Assembly (NCBI RefSeq): GCF_009914755.1
Contig: NC_060948.1
DNA: 64,000 nucleotides
Origin: the human T2T-CHM13v2.0 reference genome, Homo sapiens
Direction: 5' to 3' (one strand)
Shown here: piece after piece, positions 14,178-35,947 of the stretch
How positions within the stretch are numbered: position 1 is the first letter of the stretch
Layout: each line of letters starts with the position of its first letter
Notes under the pieces: generated by a model
The model's database searches: none
Told to the model about the DNA's origin: nothing
Seen by the model: the letters and a program-made list of their open reading frames with translations, nothing else
Position numbers and translations under genes: made by a program

Positions 14178-16281
14178 AGATCCATATTTTTTAAATGAAA
14201 AAAAATTTCAAAGGTACTCTGCTTGGTACAATAATCAAATGTATAAACTGAGGAATAAAACATAACCATGAAACCTACTTATAACTGCATATGGAAAATA
14301 CAGAGGATAATTTTTTAAATAACATATTTTGAAAGCCTTAACTAGTAATTTGAAGAGTTGGCATTTGAAAGGCCAGTATGAATATACCTTCAAAGCAGCA
14401 ACACAGGTTCCCCATGAGAAAAAGCAAACACAGGGAAAATAAAAACACAAAGGTTCAATCTCTTCTGACCTTTGAAAGACACAGCACAGACAGTGGTCCT
14501 TAGGACGAAGAGCAGGAGACCCCTAATTCCGTCACCATGGCGATAGGGCATAAACATTGCTGGGTGAGGGCACAATCCACATTGTGAGGTCCAACTGCTG
14601 CCAGGAAGACAGGAGTGCTTTTACATAGACCGAAAGGTCATTGAAGGCTCAGAGTTTTGTTTCAAGAACTGAATCCCAAGCCCACACGTTATTAGGCTGC
14701 ACTTCTTAAAACAAGTTATGAGATGGGAAAAAGGGCACCCACAAACATACGTATACATTATGTATATAATAATATACAGTATCATATATATAATATATAT
14801 AACCTATGTATAATATTGTTTTACATCCTGCATCTTATGTTATATATATTGTATAAAATATAATAATTGATAATATATAAGTTTTATAATTATACAATAT
14901 GACATATAGTATATATTATAATTTATGACATATATAATATATGTTATATGTCATATATAGAATATATTATACGGTTAACATACGTATTAAATATAAATTA
15001 TACATTATATATATTATATATAATATATCTGTTATATGTAATACCCATTATGCATAATATATATATTATGTCTATGTTATATATAGTATAAAACAACATA
15101 TAATAATATATAATTGTATATATAAAATGCGATATATAATATATATTATATTTTATAACATATGTAATATATATTATATATTATATATAATACGTTGTAT
15201 GTATAATACCTATATTAAATATATATTATATGACTATGATATTAATTACATGTCACATGTGTTATATATTATATATTTTACATAGAATATACTGGTTACA
15301 TACAATATATACTATGTTACCTATAATGTATAATTTATTACATGTAAAATAAAGAATGCAATATATTATGTAAAATTTATAATATACCATATGCGGAATG
15401 TCATATATATAACATATAATATATGATATATGATATACAGTATATGATATATAACATACAATATATGATTCCTAATATATATGGTATACAATATATATTT
15501 TATGATATGTATTCTATATGTTTTATATTCTGTTATATATAACTATTTGAAATTATATATAACTGTATAATATTTTATGTAAATATGTAATATAATATAT
15601 ATAATATATAATATATTATATATAACTATATATTATGTTATATATACTTTTATAACATAATTTACATAAAATATCATAATATAATATATATTATATTATT
15701 TCATATTACATAATATATATTACATATCACCCAATATAACTAACATACATAATATTATAATATAGATTATATTATGTTATATTAAATATCATATATATCA
15801 TGTATCATATATTCTATAATATATATTACACATTATATAATATGTATGTTGTCTATTATGTGATATATATAACTATATATATAATTATATTTTTATACAT
15901 ATAACTAGATAAACATGTAATTCTACATATTTTCATTTATAATATGTAGAATTATATAATCATATATAATTATTTATATTCTATAAAAAATTTTATCATT
16001 ATATAAATTATAATATATAAAAATTATAATATGTACTACAAATATATATATTATATATCATATATGATATACTACCTTTGTTATATATCATAATACATAT
16101 AAATGTGTATTATGTTATCTATAATTATATAATTTCATATATAAGATGTATAATATGTATCATATATTACATATGTTATGTAATATATATAGTATATATA
16201 AGATGACACAGGATAAATATTATATACTATGACATATAAAATATATGAGGTTATATGTTACATATAAGGCATAGCACATAA

Positions 16282-16596
<315 letters not shown>

Positions 16597-18700
16597 AGAT
16601 CCATATTTTTTAAATGAAAAAAAATTTCAAAGGTACTCTGCTTGGTACAATAATCAAATGTATAAACTGAGGAATAAAACATAACCATGAAACCTACTTA
16701 TAACTGCATATGGAAAATACAGAGGATAATTTTTTAAATAACATATTTTGAAAGCCTTAACTAGTAATTTGAAGAGTTGGCATTTGAAAGGCCAGTATGA
16801 ATATACCTTCAAAGCAGCAACACAGGTTCCCCATGAGAAAAAGCAAACACAGGGAAAATAAAAACACAAAGGTTCAATCTCTTCTGACCTTTGAAAGACA
16901 CAGCACAGACAGTGGTCCTTAGGACGAAGAGCAGGAGACCCCTAATTCCGTCACCATGGCGATAGGGCATAAACATTGCTGGGTGAGGGCACAATCCACA
17001 TTGTGAGGTCCAACTGCTGCCAGGAAGACAGGAGTGCTTTTACATAGACCGAAAGGTCATTGAAGGCTCAGAGTTTTGTTTCAAGAACTGAATCCCAAGC
17101 CCACACGTTATTAGGCTGCACTTCTTAAAACAAGTTATGAGATGGGAAAAAGGGCACCCACAAACATACGTATACATTATGTATATAATAATATACAGTA
17201 TCATATATATAATATATATAACCTATGTATAATATTGTTTTACATCCTGCATCTTATGTTATATATATTGTATAAAATATAATAATTGATAATATATAAG
17301 TTTTATAATTATACAATATGACATATAGTATATATTATAATTTATGACATATATAATATATGTTATATGTCATATATAGAATATATTATACGGTTAACAT
17401 ACGTATTAAATATAAATTATACATTATATATATTATATATAATATATCTGTTATATGTAATACCCATTATGCATAATATATATATTATGTCTATGTTATA
17501 TATAGTATAAAACAACATATAATAATATATAATTGTATATATAAAATGCGATATATAATATATATTATATTTTATAACATATGTAATATATATTATATAT
17601 TATATATAATACGTTGTATGTATAATACCTATATTAAATATATATTATATGACTATGATATTAATTACATGTCACATGTGTTATATATTATATATTTTAC
17701 ATAGAATATACTGGTTACATACAATATATACTATGTTACCTATAATGTATAATTTATTACATGTAAAATAAAGAATGCAATATATTATGTAAAATTTATA
17801 ATATACCATATGTGGAATGTCATATATATAACATATAATATATGATATATGATATACAGTATATGATATATAACATACAATATATGATTCCTAATATATA
17901 TGGTATACAATATATATTTTATGATATGTATTCTATATGTTTTATATTCTGTTATATATAACTATTTGAAATTATATATAACTGTATAATATTTTATGTA
18001 AATATGTAATATAATATATATAATATATAATATATTATATATAACTATATATTATGTTATATATACTTTTATAACATAATTTACATAAAATATCATAATA
18101 TAATATATATTATATTATTTCATATTACATAATATATATTACATATCACCCAATATAACTAACATACATAATATTATAATATAGATTATATTATGTTATA
18201 TTAAATATCATATATATCATGTATCATATATTCTATAATATATATTACACATTATATAATATGTATGTTGTCTATTATGTGATATATATAACTATATATA
18301 TAATTATATTTTTATACATATAACTAGATAAACATGTAATTCTACATATTTTCATTTATAATATGTAGAATTATATAATCATATATAATTATTTATATTC
18401 TATAAAAAATTTTATCATTATATAAATTATAATATATAAAAATTATAATATGTACTACAAATATATATATTATATATCATATATGATATACTACCTTTGT
18501 TATATATCATAATACATATAAATGTGTATTATGTTATCTATAATTATATAATTTCATATATAAGATGTATAATATGTATCATATATTACATATGTTATGT
18601 AATATATATAGTATATATAAGATGACACAGGATAAATATTATATACTATGACATATAAAATATATGAGGTTATATGTTACATATAAGGCATAGCACATAA

Positions 18701-19015
<315 letters not shown>

Positions 19016-21119
19016 AGATCCATATTTTTTAAATGAAAAAAAATTTCAAAGGTACTCTGCTTGGTACAATAATCAAATGTATAAACTGAGGAATAAAACA
19101 TAACCATGAAACCTACTTATAACTGCATATGGAAAATACAGAGGATAATTTTTTAAATAACATATTTTGAAAGCCTTAACTAGTAATTTGAAGAGTTGGC
19201 ATTTGAAAGGCCAGTATGAATATACCTTCAAAGCAGCAACACAGGTTCCCCATGAGAAAAAGCAAACACAGGGAAAATAAAAACACAAAGGTTCAATCTC
19301 TTCTGACCTTTGAAAGACACAGCACAGACAGTGGTCCTTAGGACGAAGAGCAGGAGACCCCTAATTCCGTCACCATGGCGATAGGGCATAAACATTGCTG
19401 GGTGAGGGCACAATCCACATTGTGAGGTCCAACTGCTGCCAGGAAGACAGGAGTGCTTTTACATAGACCGAAAGGTCATTGAAGGCTCAGAGTTTTGTTT
19501 CAAGAACTGAATCCCAAGCCCACACGTTATTAGGCTGCGCTTCTTAAAACAAGTTATGAGATGGGAAAAAGGGCACCCACAAACATACGTATACATTATG
19601 TATATAATAATATACAGTATCATATATATAATATATATAACCTATGTATAATATTGTTTTACATCCTGCATCTTATGTTATATATATTGTATAAAATATA
19701 ATAATTGATAATATATAAGTTTTATATTTATACAATATGACATATAATATATATTATAATTTATGACATATATAATATATGTTATATATCATATATAGAA
19801 TATATTATACGGTTAATATACGTATTAAATATAAATTATACATTATGTATATTATATATAATATATCTGTTATATATAATAACCATTATGCATAATATAT
19901 ATATTATGTCTATGTTATATATAGTATAAAACAACATATAATAATATATAATTGTCTATGTAAAATGCGACATATAATATATATTATATTTTATAACATA
20001 TGTAATATATATTATACATTATATATAATACGTTGTATGAATAATACCTATATTAAATATATATTATATGACTATGTTATTAATTACATGTCACATGTGT
20101 TATATATTATATATTTTACATAGAAAATACCGGTTGCATACAATATATACTATGTTACCTATAATGTATAATTTATTACATGTAAAATAAAGAATGCAAT
20201 ATATTATGTATAATTTATAATATACAATATGTGGAATGTGATATATATAACATATAATATATGATATATGATATACAGTATATGATATATAACATACAAT
20301 ATATGATTCCTAATATATATGGTATACAATATATATTTTATGATATGTATTCTATACGTTTTATATTCTGTTATATATAACTATTTGAAATTATATATAA
20401 CTGTATAATATTTTATGTAAATATGTAATATAATATATATAACTATATAATATATTATATATAACTATATATTATGTTATATATACTTTTATAACATAAT
20501 TTACATAAAATATCATAATATAATATATATTATATTATTTCATATTACATAATATATATTACATATCACCAATATAACTAACATACATAATATTATAATA
20601 TAGATTATATTGTGTTATATTAAATATCATATATATCATGTATCATATATTCTATAATATATAATACACATTATATAATATGTATGTTGTCTATTATGTG
20701 ATATATATAACTATATATATAATTATATTTTTATACATATAACTAGATAAACATGTAATTCTACATATTTTCATTTATAATATGTAGAATTATATAATCA
20801 TATATAATTATTTATATTCTATAAAAAATTTTATCATTATATAAATTATAATATATAAAAATTATAATATGTACTACAAATATATATATTATATATCATA
20901 TATGCTATAGTTCCTTTGTTATATATCATAATACATATAAATGTGTATTATGTTATCTATAATTATATAATTTCATATATAAGTTGTATAATATGTATCA
21001 TATATTATATATGTTATGTAATATATATAGTATATATAAGATGACACAGGATAAATATTATATACTATGACATATAAAATATATGAGGTTATATGTTACA
21101 TATAAGGCATAGCACATAA

Positions 21120-21434
<315 letters not shown>

Positions 21435-23539
21435 AGATCCATATTTTTTAAATGAAAAAAAATTTCAAAGGTACTCTGCTTGGTACAATAATCAAATGTA
21501 TAAACTGAGGAATAAAACATAACCATGAAACCTACTTATAACTGCATATGGAAAATACAGAGGATAATTTTTTAAATAACATATTTTGAAAGCCTTAACT
21601 AGTAATTTGAAGAGTTGGCATTTGAAAGGCCAGTATGAATATACCTTCAAAGCAGCAACACAGGTTCCCCATGAGAAAAAGCAAACACAGGGAAAATAAA
21701 AACACAAAGGTTCAATCTCTTCTGACCTTTGAAAGACACAGCACAGACAGTGGTCCTTAGGACGAAGAGCAGGAGACCCCTAATTCCGTCACCATGGCGA
21801 TAGGGCATAAACATTGCTGGGTGAGGGCACAATCCACATTGTGAGGTCCAACTGCTGCCAGGAAGACAGGAGTGCTTTTACATAGACCGAAAGGTCATTG
21901 AAGGCTCAGAGTTTTGTTTCAAGAACTGAATCCCAAGCCCACACGTTATTAGGCTGCGCTTCTTAAAACAAGTTATGAGATGGGAAAAAGGGCACCCACA
22001 AACATACGTATACATTATGTATATAATAATATACAGTATCATATATATAATATATATAACCTATGTATAATATTGTTTTACATCCTGCATCTTATGTTAT
22101 ATATATTGTATAAAATATAATAATTGATAATATATAAGTTTTATAATTATACAATATGACATATAGTATATATTATAATTTATGGCATATATAATATATG
22201 TTATATATCATATATAGAATATATTATACGGTTAATATACGTATTAAATATAAATTATACATTATATATATTATATATAATATATCTGTTATATATAATA
22301 CCCATTATGCATAATATATATATTATGTCTATGTTATATATAGTATAAAACAACATATAATAATATATAATTGTATATATACAATGCGACATATAATATA
22401 TATTATATTTTATAACATATGTAATATATATTATATATTATATATAATACGTTGTATGTATAATACCTATATTAAATATATATTATATGACTATGTTATT
22501 AATTACATGTCACATGTGTTATATATTATATATTTTACATAGAATATACCGGTTACATACAATATATACTATGTTACCTATAATGTATAATTTATTACAT
22601 GTAAAATAAAGAATGCAATATATTATGTATAATTTATAATATACAATATGTGGAATGTGATATATATAACATATAATATATGATATATGATATACAGTAT
22701 ATGATATATAACATACAATATATGATTCCTAATATATATGGTATACAATATATATTTTATGATATGTATTCTATATGTTTTATATTCTGTTATATATAAC
22801 TATTTGAAATTATATATAACTGTATAATATTTTATGTAAATATGTAATATAATATATATAACTATATAATATGTTATATATAACTATATATTATGTTATA
22901 TATACTTTTATAACATAATTTACATAAAATATCATAATATAATATATATTATATTATTTCATATTACATTATATATATTACATATCACCCAATATAACTA
23001 ACATACATAATATTATAATATAGATTATATTGTGTTATATTAAATATCATATATATCATGTATCATATATTCTATAATATATATTACACATTATATAATA
23101 TGTATGTTGTCTATTATGTGATATATATAACTATATATATAATTATATTTTTATACATATAACTAGATAAACATGTAATTCTACATCTTTTCATTTATAA
23201 TATGTAGAATTATATAATCATATATAATTATTTATATTCTATAAAAAATTTTATCATTATATAAATTATAATATATAAAAATTATAATATGTACTACACA
23301 TATATATATTATATATCATATATGATATAGTACCATTGTTATATATCATAATACATATAAATGTGTATTATGTTATCTATAATTATATAATTTCATATAT
23401 AAGATGTATAATATGTATCATATATTATATATGTTATGTAATATATATAGTATATATAAGATGACACAGGATAAATATTATATACTATGACATATAAAAT
23501 ATATGAGGTTATATGTTACATATAAGGCATAGCACATAA

Positions 23540-23854
<315 letters not shown>

Positions 23855-25958
23855 AGATCCATATTTTTTAAATGAAAAAAAATTTCAAAGGTACTCTGCT
23901 TGGTACAATAATCAAATGTATAAACTGAGGAATAAAACATAACCATGAAACCTACTTATAACTGCATATGGAAAATACAGAGGATAATTTTTTAAATAAC
24001 ATATTTTGAAAGCCTTAACTAGTAATTTGAAGAGTTGGCATTTGAAAGGCCAGTATGAATATACCTTCAAAGCAGCAACACAGGTTCCCCATGAGAAAAA
24101 GCAAACACAGGGAAAATAAAAACACAAAGGTTCAATCTCTTCTGACCTTTGAAAGACACAGCACAGACAGTGGTCCTTAGGACGAAGAGCAGGAGACCCC
24201 TAATTCCGTCACCATGGCGATAGGGCATAAACATTGCTGGGTGAGGGCACAATCCACATTGTGAGGTCCAACTGCTGCCAGGAAGACAGGAGTGCTTTTA
24301 CATAGACCGAAAGGTCATTGAAGGCTCAGAGTTTTGTTTCAAGAACTGAATCCCAAGCCCACACGTTATTAGGCTGCGCTTCTTAAAACAAGTTATGAGA
24401 TGGGAAAAAGGGCACCCACAAACATACGTATACATTATGTATATAATAATATACAGTATCATATATATAATATATATAACCTATGTATAATATTGTTTTA
24501 CATCCTGCATCTTATGTTATATATATTGTATAAAATATAATAATTGATAATATATAAGTTTTATATTTATACAATATGACATATAATATATATTATAATT
24601 TATGACATATATAATATATGTTATATATCATATATAGAATATATTATACGGTTAATATACGTATTAAATATAAATTATACATTATGTATATTATATATAA
24701 TATATCTGTTATATATAATAACCATTATGCATAATATATATATTATGTCTATGTTATATATAGTATAAAACAACATATAATAATATATAATTGTCTATGT
24801 AAAATGCGACATATAATATATATTATATTTTATAACATATGTAATATATATTATACATTATATATAATACGTTGTATGAATAATACCTATATTAAATATA
24901 TATTATATGACTATGTTATTAATTACATGTCACATGTGTTATATATTATATATTTTACATAGAAAATACCGGTTGCATACAATATATACTATGTTACCTA
25001 TAATGTATAATTTATTACATGTAAAATAAAGAATGCAATATATTATGTATAATTTATAATATACAATATGTGGAATGTGATATATATAACATATAATATA
25101 TGATATATGATATACAGTATATGATATATAACATACAATATATGATTCCTAATATATATGGTATACAATATATATTTTATGATATGTATTCTATACGTTT
25201 TATATTCTGTTATATATAACTATTTGAAATTATATATAACTGTATAATATTTTATGTAAATATGTAATATAATATATATAACTATATAATATATTATATA
25301 TAACTATATATTATGTTATATATACTTTTATAACATAATTTACATAAAATATCATAATATAATATATATTATATTATTTCATATTACATAATATATATTA
25401 CATATCACCAATATAACTAACATACATAATATTATAATATAGATTATATTGTGTTATATTAAATATCATATATATCATGTATCATATATTCTATAATATA
25501 TAATACACATTATATAATATGTATGTTGTCTATTATGTGATATATATAACTATATATATAATTATATTTTTATACATATAACTAGATAAACATGTAATTC
25601 TACATATTTTCATTTATAATATGTAGAATTATATAATCATATATAATTATTTATATTCTATAAAAAATTTTATCATTATATAAATTATAATATATAAAAA
25701 TTATAATATGTACTACAAATATATATATTATATATCATATATGCTATAGTTCCTTTGTTATATATCATAATACATATAAATGTGTATTATGTTATCTATA
25801 ATTATATAATTTCATATATAAGTTGTATAATATGTATCATATATTATATATGTTATGTAATATATATAGTATATATAAGATGACACAGGATAAATATTAT
25901 ATACTATGACATATAAAATATATGAGGTTATATGTTACATATAAGGCATAGCACATAA

Positions 25959-26273
<315 letters not shown>

Positions 26274-28378
26274 AGATCCATATTTTTTAAATGAAAAAAA
26301 ATTTCAAAGGTACTCTGCTTGGTACAATAATCAAATGTATAAACTGAGGAATAAAACATAACCATGAAACCTACTTATAACTGCATATGGAAAATACAGA
26401 GGATAATTTTTTAAATAACATATTTTGAAAGCCTTAACTAGTAATTTGAAGAGTTGGCATTTGAAAGGCCAGTATGAATATACCTTCAAAGCAGCAACAC
26501 AGGTTCCCCATGAGAAAAAGCAAACACAGGGAAAATAAAAACACAAAGGTTCAATCTCTTCTGACCTTTGAAAGACACAGCACAGACAGTGGTCCTTAGG
26601 ACGAAGAGCAGGAGACCCCTAATTCCGTCACCATGGCGATAGGGCATAAACATTGCTGGGTGAGGGCACAATCCACATTGTGAGGTCCAACTGCTGCCAG
26701 GAAGACAGGAGTGCTTTTACATAGACCGAAAGGTCATTGAAGGCTCAGAGTTTTGTTTCAAGAACTGAATCCCAAGCCCACACGTTATTAGGCTGCGCTT
26801 CTTAAAACAAGTTATGAGATGGGAAAAAGGGCACCCACAAACATACGTATACATTATGTATATAATAATATACAGTATCATATATATAATATATATAACC
26901 TATGTATAATATTGTTTTACATCCTGCATCTTATGTTATATATATTGTATAAAATATAATAATTGATAATATATAAGTTTTATAATTATACAATATGACA
27001 TATAGTATATATTATAATTTATGGCATATATAATATATGTTATATATCATATATAGAATATCTTATACGGTTAATATACGTATTAAATATAAATTATACA
27101 TTATATATATTATATATAATATATCTGTTATATATAATACCCATTATGCATAATATATATATTATGTCTATGTTATATATAGTATAAAACAACATATAAT
27201 AATATATAATTGTATATATACAATGCGACATATAATATATATTATATTTTATAACATATGTAATATATATTATATATTATATATAATACGTTGTATGTAT
27301 AATACCTATATTAAATATATATTATATGACTATGTTATTAATTACATGTCACATGTGTTATATATTATATATTTTACATAGAATATACCGGTTACATACA
27401 ATATATACTATGTTACCTATAATGTATAATTTATTACATGTAAAATAAAGAATGCAATATATTATGTATAATTTATAATATACAATATGTGGAATGTGAT
27501 ATATATAACATATAATATATGATATATGATATACAGTATATGATATATAACATACAATATATGATTCCTAATATATATGGTATACAATATATATTTTATG
27601 ATATGTATTCTATATGTTTTATATTCTGTTATATATAACTATTTGAAATTATATATAACTGTATAATATTTTATGTAAATATGTAATATAATATATATAA
27701 CTATATAATATGTTATATATAACTATATATTATGTTATATATACTTTTATAACATAATTTACATAAAATATCATAATATAATATATATTATATTATTTCA
27801 TATTACATTATATATATTACATATCACCCAATATAACTAACATACATAATATTATAATATAGATTATATTGTGTTATATTAAATATCATATATATCATGT
27901 ATCATATATTCTATAATATATATTACACATTATATAATATGTATGTTGTCTATTATGTGATATATATAACTATATATATAATTATATTTTTATACATATA
28001 ACTAGATAAACATGTAATTCTACATCTTTTCATTTATAATATGTAGAATTATATAATCATATATAATTATTTATATTCTATAAAAAATTTTATCATTATA
28101 TAAATTATAATATATAAAAATTATAATATGTACTACACATATATATATTATATATCATATATGATATAGTACCATTGTTATATATCATAATACATATAAA
28201 TGTGTATTATGTTATCTATAATTATATAATTTCATATATAAGATGTATAATATGTATCATATATTATATATGTTATGTAATATATATAGTATATATAAGA
28301 TGACACAGGATAAATATTATATACTATGACATATAAAATATATGAGGTTATATGTTACATATAAGGCATAGCACATAA

Positions 28379-28693
<315 letters not shown>

Positions 28694-30797
28694 AGATCCA
28701 TATTTTTTAAATGAAAAAAAATTTCAAAGGTACTCTGCTTGGTACAATAATCAAATGTATAAACTGAGGAATAAAACATAACCATGAAACCTACTTATAA
28801 CTGCATATGGAAAATACAGAGGATAATTTTTTAAATAACATATTTTGAAAGCCTTAACTAGTAATTTGAAGAGTTGGCATTTGAAAGGCCAGTATGAATA
28901 TACCTTCAAAGCAGCAACACAGGTTCCCCATGAGAAAAAGCAAACACAGGGAAAATAAAAACACAAAGGTTCAATCTCTTCTGACCTTTGAAAGACACAG
29001 CACAGACAGTGGTCCTTAGGACGAAGAGCAGGAGACCCCTAATTCCGTCACCATGGCGATAGGGCATAAACATTGCTGGGTGAGGGCACAATCCACATTG
29101 TGAGGTCCAACTGCTGCCAGGAAGACAGGAGTGCTTTTACATAGACCGAAAGGTCATTGAAGGCTCAGAGTTTTGTTTCAAGAACTGAATCCCAAGCCCA
29201 CACGTTATTAGGCTGCGCTTCTTAAAACAAGTTATGAGATGGGAAAAAGGGCACCCACAAACATACGTATACATTATGTATATAATAATATACAGTATCA
29301 TATATATAATATATATAACCTATGTATAATATTGTTTTACATCCTGCATCTTATGTTATATATATTGTATAAAATATAATAATTGATAATATATAAGTTT
29401 TATATTTATACAATATGACATATAGTATATATTATAATTTATGACATATATAATATATGTTATATATCATATATAGAATATATTATACGGTTAATATACG
29501 TATTAAATATAAATTATACATTATGTATATTATATATAATATATCTGTTATATATAATAACCATTATGCATAATATATATATTATGTCTATGTTATATAT
29601 AGTATAAAACAACATACAATAATATATAATTGTCTATGTAAAATGCGACATATAATATATATTATATTTTATAACATATGTAATATATATTATACATTAT
29701 ATATAATACGTTGTATGAATAATACCTATATTAAATATATATTATATGACTATGTTATTAATTACATGTCACATGTGTTATATATTATATATTTTACATA
29801 GAATATACCGGTTGCATACAATATATACTATGTTACCTATAATGTATAATTTATTACATGTAAAATAAAGAATGCAATATATTATGTATAATTTATAATA
29901 TACAATATGTGGAATGTGATATATATAACATATAATATATGATATATGATATACAGTATATGATATATAACATACAATATATGATTCCTAATATATATGG
30001 TATACAATATATATTTTATGATATGTATTCTATACGTTTTATATTCTGTTATATATAACTATTTGAAATTATATATAACTGTATAATATTTTATGTAAAT
30101 ATGTAATATAATATATATAACTATATAATATATTATATATAACTATATATTATGTTATATATACTTTTATAACATAATTTACATAAAATATCATAATATA
30201 ATATATATTATATTATTTCATATTACATAATATATATTACATATCACCAATATAACTAACATACATAATATTATAATATAGATTATATTGTGTTATATTA
30301 AATATCATATATATCATGTATCATATATTCTATAATATATAATACACATTATATAATATGTATGTTGTCTATTATGTGATATATATAACTATATATATAA
30401 TTATATTTTTATACATATAACTAGATAAACATGTAATTCTACATATTTTCATTTATAATATGTAGAATTATATAATCATATATAATTATTTATATTCTAT
30501 AAAAAATTTTATCATTATATAAATTATAATATATAAAAATTATAATATGTACTACAAATATATATATTATATATCATATATGCTATAGTTCCTTTGTTAT
30601 ATATCATAATACATATAAATGTGTATTATGTTATCTATAATTATATAATTTCATATATAAGTTGTATAATATGTATCATATATTATATATGTTATGTAAT
30701 ATATATAGTATATATAAGATGACACAGGATAAATATTATATACTATGACATATAAAATATATGAGGTTATATGTTACATATAAGGCATAGCACATAA

Positions 30798-31112
<315 letters not shown>

Positions 31113-33216
31113 AGATCCATATTTTTTAAATGAAAAAAAATTTCAAAGGTACTCTGCTTGGTACAATAATCAAATGTATAAACTGAGGAATAAAACATAA
31201 CCATGAAACCTACTTATAACTGCATATGGAAAATACAGAGGATAATTTTTTAAATAACATATTTTGAAAGCCTTAACTAGTAATTTGAAGAGTTGGCATT
31301 TGAAAGGCCAATATGAATATACCTTCAAAGCAGCAACACAGGTTCCCCATGAGAAAAAGCAAACACAGGGAAAATAAAAACACAAAGGTTCAATCTCTTC
31401 TGACCTTTGAAAGACACAGCACAGACAGTGGTCCTTAGGACGAAGAGCAGGAGACCCCTAATTCCGTCACCATGGCGATAGGGCATAAACATTGCTGGGT
31501 GAGGGCACAATCCACATTGTGAGGTCCAACTGCTGCCAGGAAGACAGGAGTGCTTTTACATAGACCGAAAGGTCATTGAAGGCTCAGAGTTTTGTTTCAA
31601 GAACTGAATCCCAAGCCCACACGTTATTAGGCTGCGCTTCTTAAAACAAGTTATGAGATGGGAAAAAGGGCACCCACAAACTTACGTATACATTATGTAT
31701 ATAATAATATACAGTATCATATATATAATATATATAACCTATGTATAATATTGTTTTACATCCTGCATCTTATGTTATATATATTGTATAAAATATAATA
31801 ATTGATAATATATAAGTTTTATAATTATACAATATGACATATAGTATATATTATAATTTATGACATATATAATATATGTTATATGTCATATATAGAATAT
31901 ATTATACGGTTAACATACGTATTAAATATAAATTATACATTATATATATTATATATAATATATCTGTTATATGTAATACCCATTATGCATAATATATATA
32001 TTATGTCTATGTTATATATAGTATAAAACAACATATAATAATATATAATTGTATATATAAAATGCGATATATAATATATATTATATTTTATAACATATGT
32101 AATATATATTATATATTATATATAATACGTTGTATGTATAATACCTATATTAAATATATATTATATGACTATGTTATTAATTACATGTCACATGTGTTAT
32201 ATATTATATATTTTACATAGAATATACTGGTTACATACAATATATACTATGTTACCTATAATGTATAATTTATTACATGTAAAATAAAGAATGCAATATA
32301 TTATGTAAAATTTATAATATACCATATGTGGAATGTCATATATATAACATATAATATATGATATATGATATACAGTATATGATATATAACATACAATATA
32401 TGATTCCTAATATATATGGTATACAATATATATTTTATGATATGTATTCTATATGTTTTATATTCTGTTATATATAACTATTTGAATTATATATAACTGT
32501 ATAATATTTTATGTAAATATGTAATATAATATATATAACTATATAATATATTATATATAACTATATATTATGTTATATATACTTTTATAACATAATTTAC
32601 ATAAAATATCATAATATAATATATATTATATTATTTCATATTACATAATATATATTACATATCACCCAATATAAGTAACATACATAATATTATAATATAG
32701 ATTATATTATGTTATATTAAATATCATATATATCATGTATCATATATTCTATAATATATATTACACATTATATAATATGTATGTTGTCTATTATGTGATA
32801 TATATAACTATATATATAATTATATTTTTATACATATAACTAGATAAACATGTAATTCTACATATTTTCATTTATAATATGTAGAATTATATAATCATAT
32901 ATAATTATTTATATTCTATAAAAAATTTTATCATTATATAAATTATAATATATAAAAATTATAATATGTACTACAAATATATATATTATATATCATATAT
33001 GATATAGTACCTTTGTTATATATCATAATACATATAAATGTGTATTATGTTATCTATAATTATATAATTTCATATATAAGATGTATAATATGTATCATAT
33101 ATTACATATGTTATGTAATATATATAGTATATATAAGATGACACAGGATAAATATTATATACTATGACATATAAAATATATGAGGTTATATGTTACATAT
33201 AAGGCATAGCACATAA

Positions 33217-33531
<315 letters not shown>

Positions 33532-35632
33532 AGATCCATATTTTTTAAATGAAAAAAAATTTCAAAGGTACTCTGCTTGGTACAATAATCAAATGTATAA
33601 ACTGAGGAATAAAACATAACCATGAAACCTACTTATAACTGCATATGGAAAATACAGAGGATAATTTTTTAAATAACATATTTTGAAAGCCTTAACTAGT
33701 AATTTGAAGAGTTGGCATTTGAAAGGCCAGTATGAATATACCTTCAAAGCAGCAACAAAGGTTCCCCATGAGAAAAAGCAAACACAGGGAAAATAAAAAC
33801 ACAAAGGTTCAATCTCTTCTGACCTTTGAAAGACACAGCACAGACAGTGGTCCTTAGGACGAAGAGCAGGAGACCCCTAATTCCGTCACCATGGCGATAG
33901 GGCATAAACATTGCTGGGTGAGGGCACAATCCACATTGTGAGGTCCAACTGCTGCCAGGAAGACAGGAGTGCTTTTACATAGACCGAAAGGTCATTGAAG
34001 GCTCAGAGTTTTGTTTCAAGAACTGAATCCCAAGCCCACACGTTATTAGGCTGCGCTTCTTAAAACAAGTTATGAGATGGGAAAAAGGGCACCCACAAAC
34101 ATACGTATACATTATGTATATAATAATATACAGTATCATATATATAATATATATAACCTATGTATAATATTGTTTTACATCCTGCATCTTATGTTATATA
34201 TATTGTATAAAATATAATAATTGATAATATATAAGTTTTATAATTATACAATATGACATATAGTATATATTATAATTTATGACATATATAATATATGTTA
34301 TATGTCATATATAGAATATATTATACGGTTAATATACGTATTAAATATAAATTATACATTCTATATATTATATATAATATATCTGTTATATATAATACCC
34401 ATTATGCATAATATATATATTATGTCTATGTTATATATAGTATAAAACAACATATAATAATATATAATTGTATATATAAAATGCGACATATAATATTTAT
34501 TATATTTTATAACATATGAAATATATATTATATATTATATATAATACGTTGTATGTATAATACCTATATTAAATATATATTATATGACTATGTTATTAAT
34601 TACATGTCACATGTGTTATATATTATATATTTTACATAGAATATACCGGTTACATACAATATATACTATGTTACCTATAATGTATTATTTATTACATGTA
34701 AAATAAAGAATGCAATATATTATGTATAATTTATAATATACCATATGTGGAATGTCATATATATAACATATAATATATGATATATGATATACAGTATATG
34801 ATATATAACATACAATATATGATTCCTAATACATATGGTATACAATATATATTTTATGATATGTATTCTATATGTTTTATATTCTGTTATATATAACTAT
34901 TTGAAATTATATATAACTGTATAATATTTTATGTAAATATGTAATATAATATATATAACTATATAATATATTATATATAACTATATATTATGTTATATAT
35001 ACTTTTATAACATAATTTACATAAAATATCATAATGTAATATATATTATATTATTTCATATTACATAATATATATTACATATCACCCAATATAACTAACA
35101 TACATAATATTATAATATAGATTATATTATGTTATATTAAATATCATCTATATCATGTATCATATATTCTATAATATATATTACACATTATATAATATGA
35201 GTGTTGTCTATTATGTGATATATATAACTCTATATATAATTATATTTTTATACATATAACTAAACATGTAATTCTACATATTTTCATTTATAATATGTAG
35301 AATTATATAATCATATATAATTATTTATATTCTATAAAAAATTTTATCTTTATATAAATTATAATATATAAAAATTATAATATGTACTACAAATATATAT
35401 ATTATATATCATATATGATATAGTACCTTTGTTATATATCATAATACATATAAATGTGTATTATGTTATCTATAATTATATAATTTCATATATAAGATGT
35501 ATAATATGTATCATATATTATATATGTTATGTAATATATGTAGTATATATAAGATGACACAGGATAAATATTATATACTATGACATATAAAATATATGAG
35601 GTTATATGTTACATATAAGGCATAGCACATAA

Positions 35633-35947
<315 letters not shown>
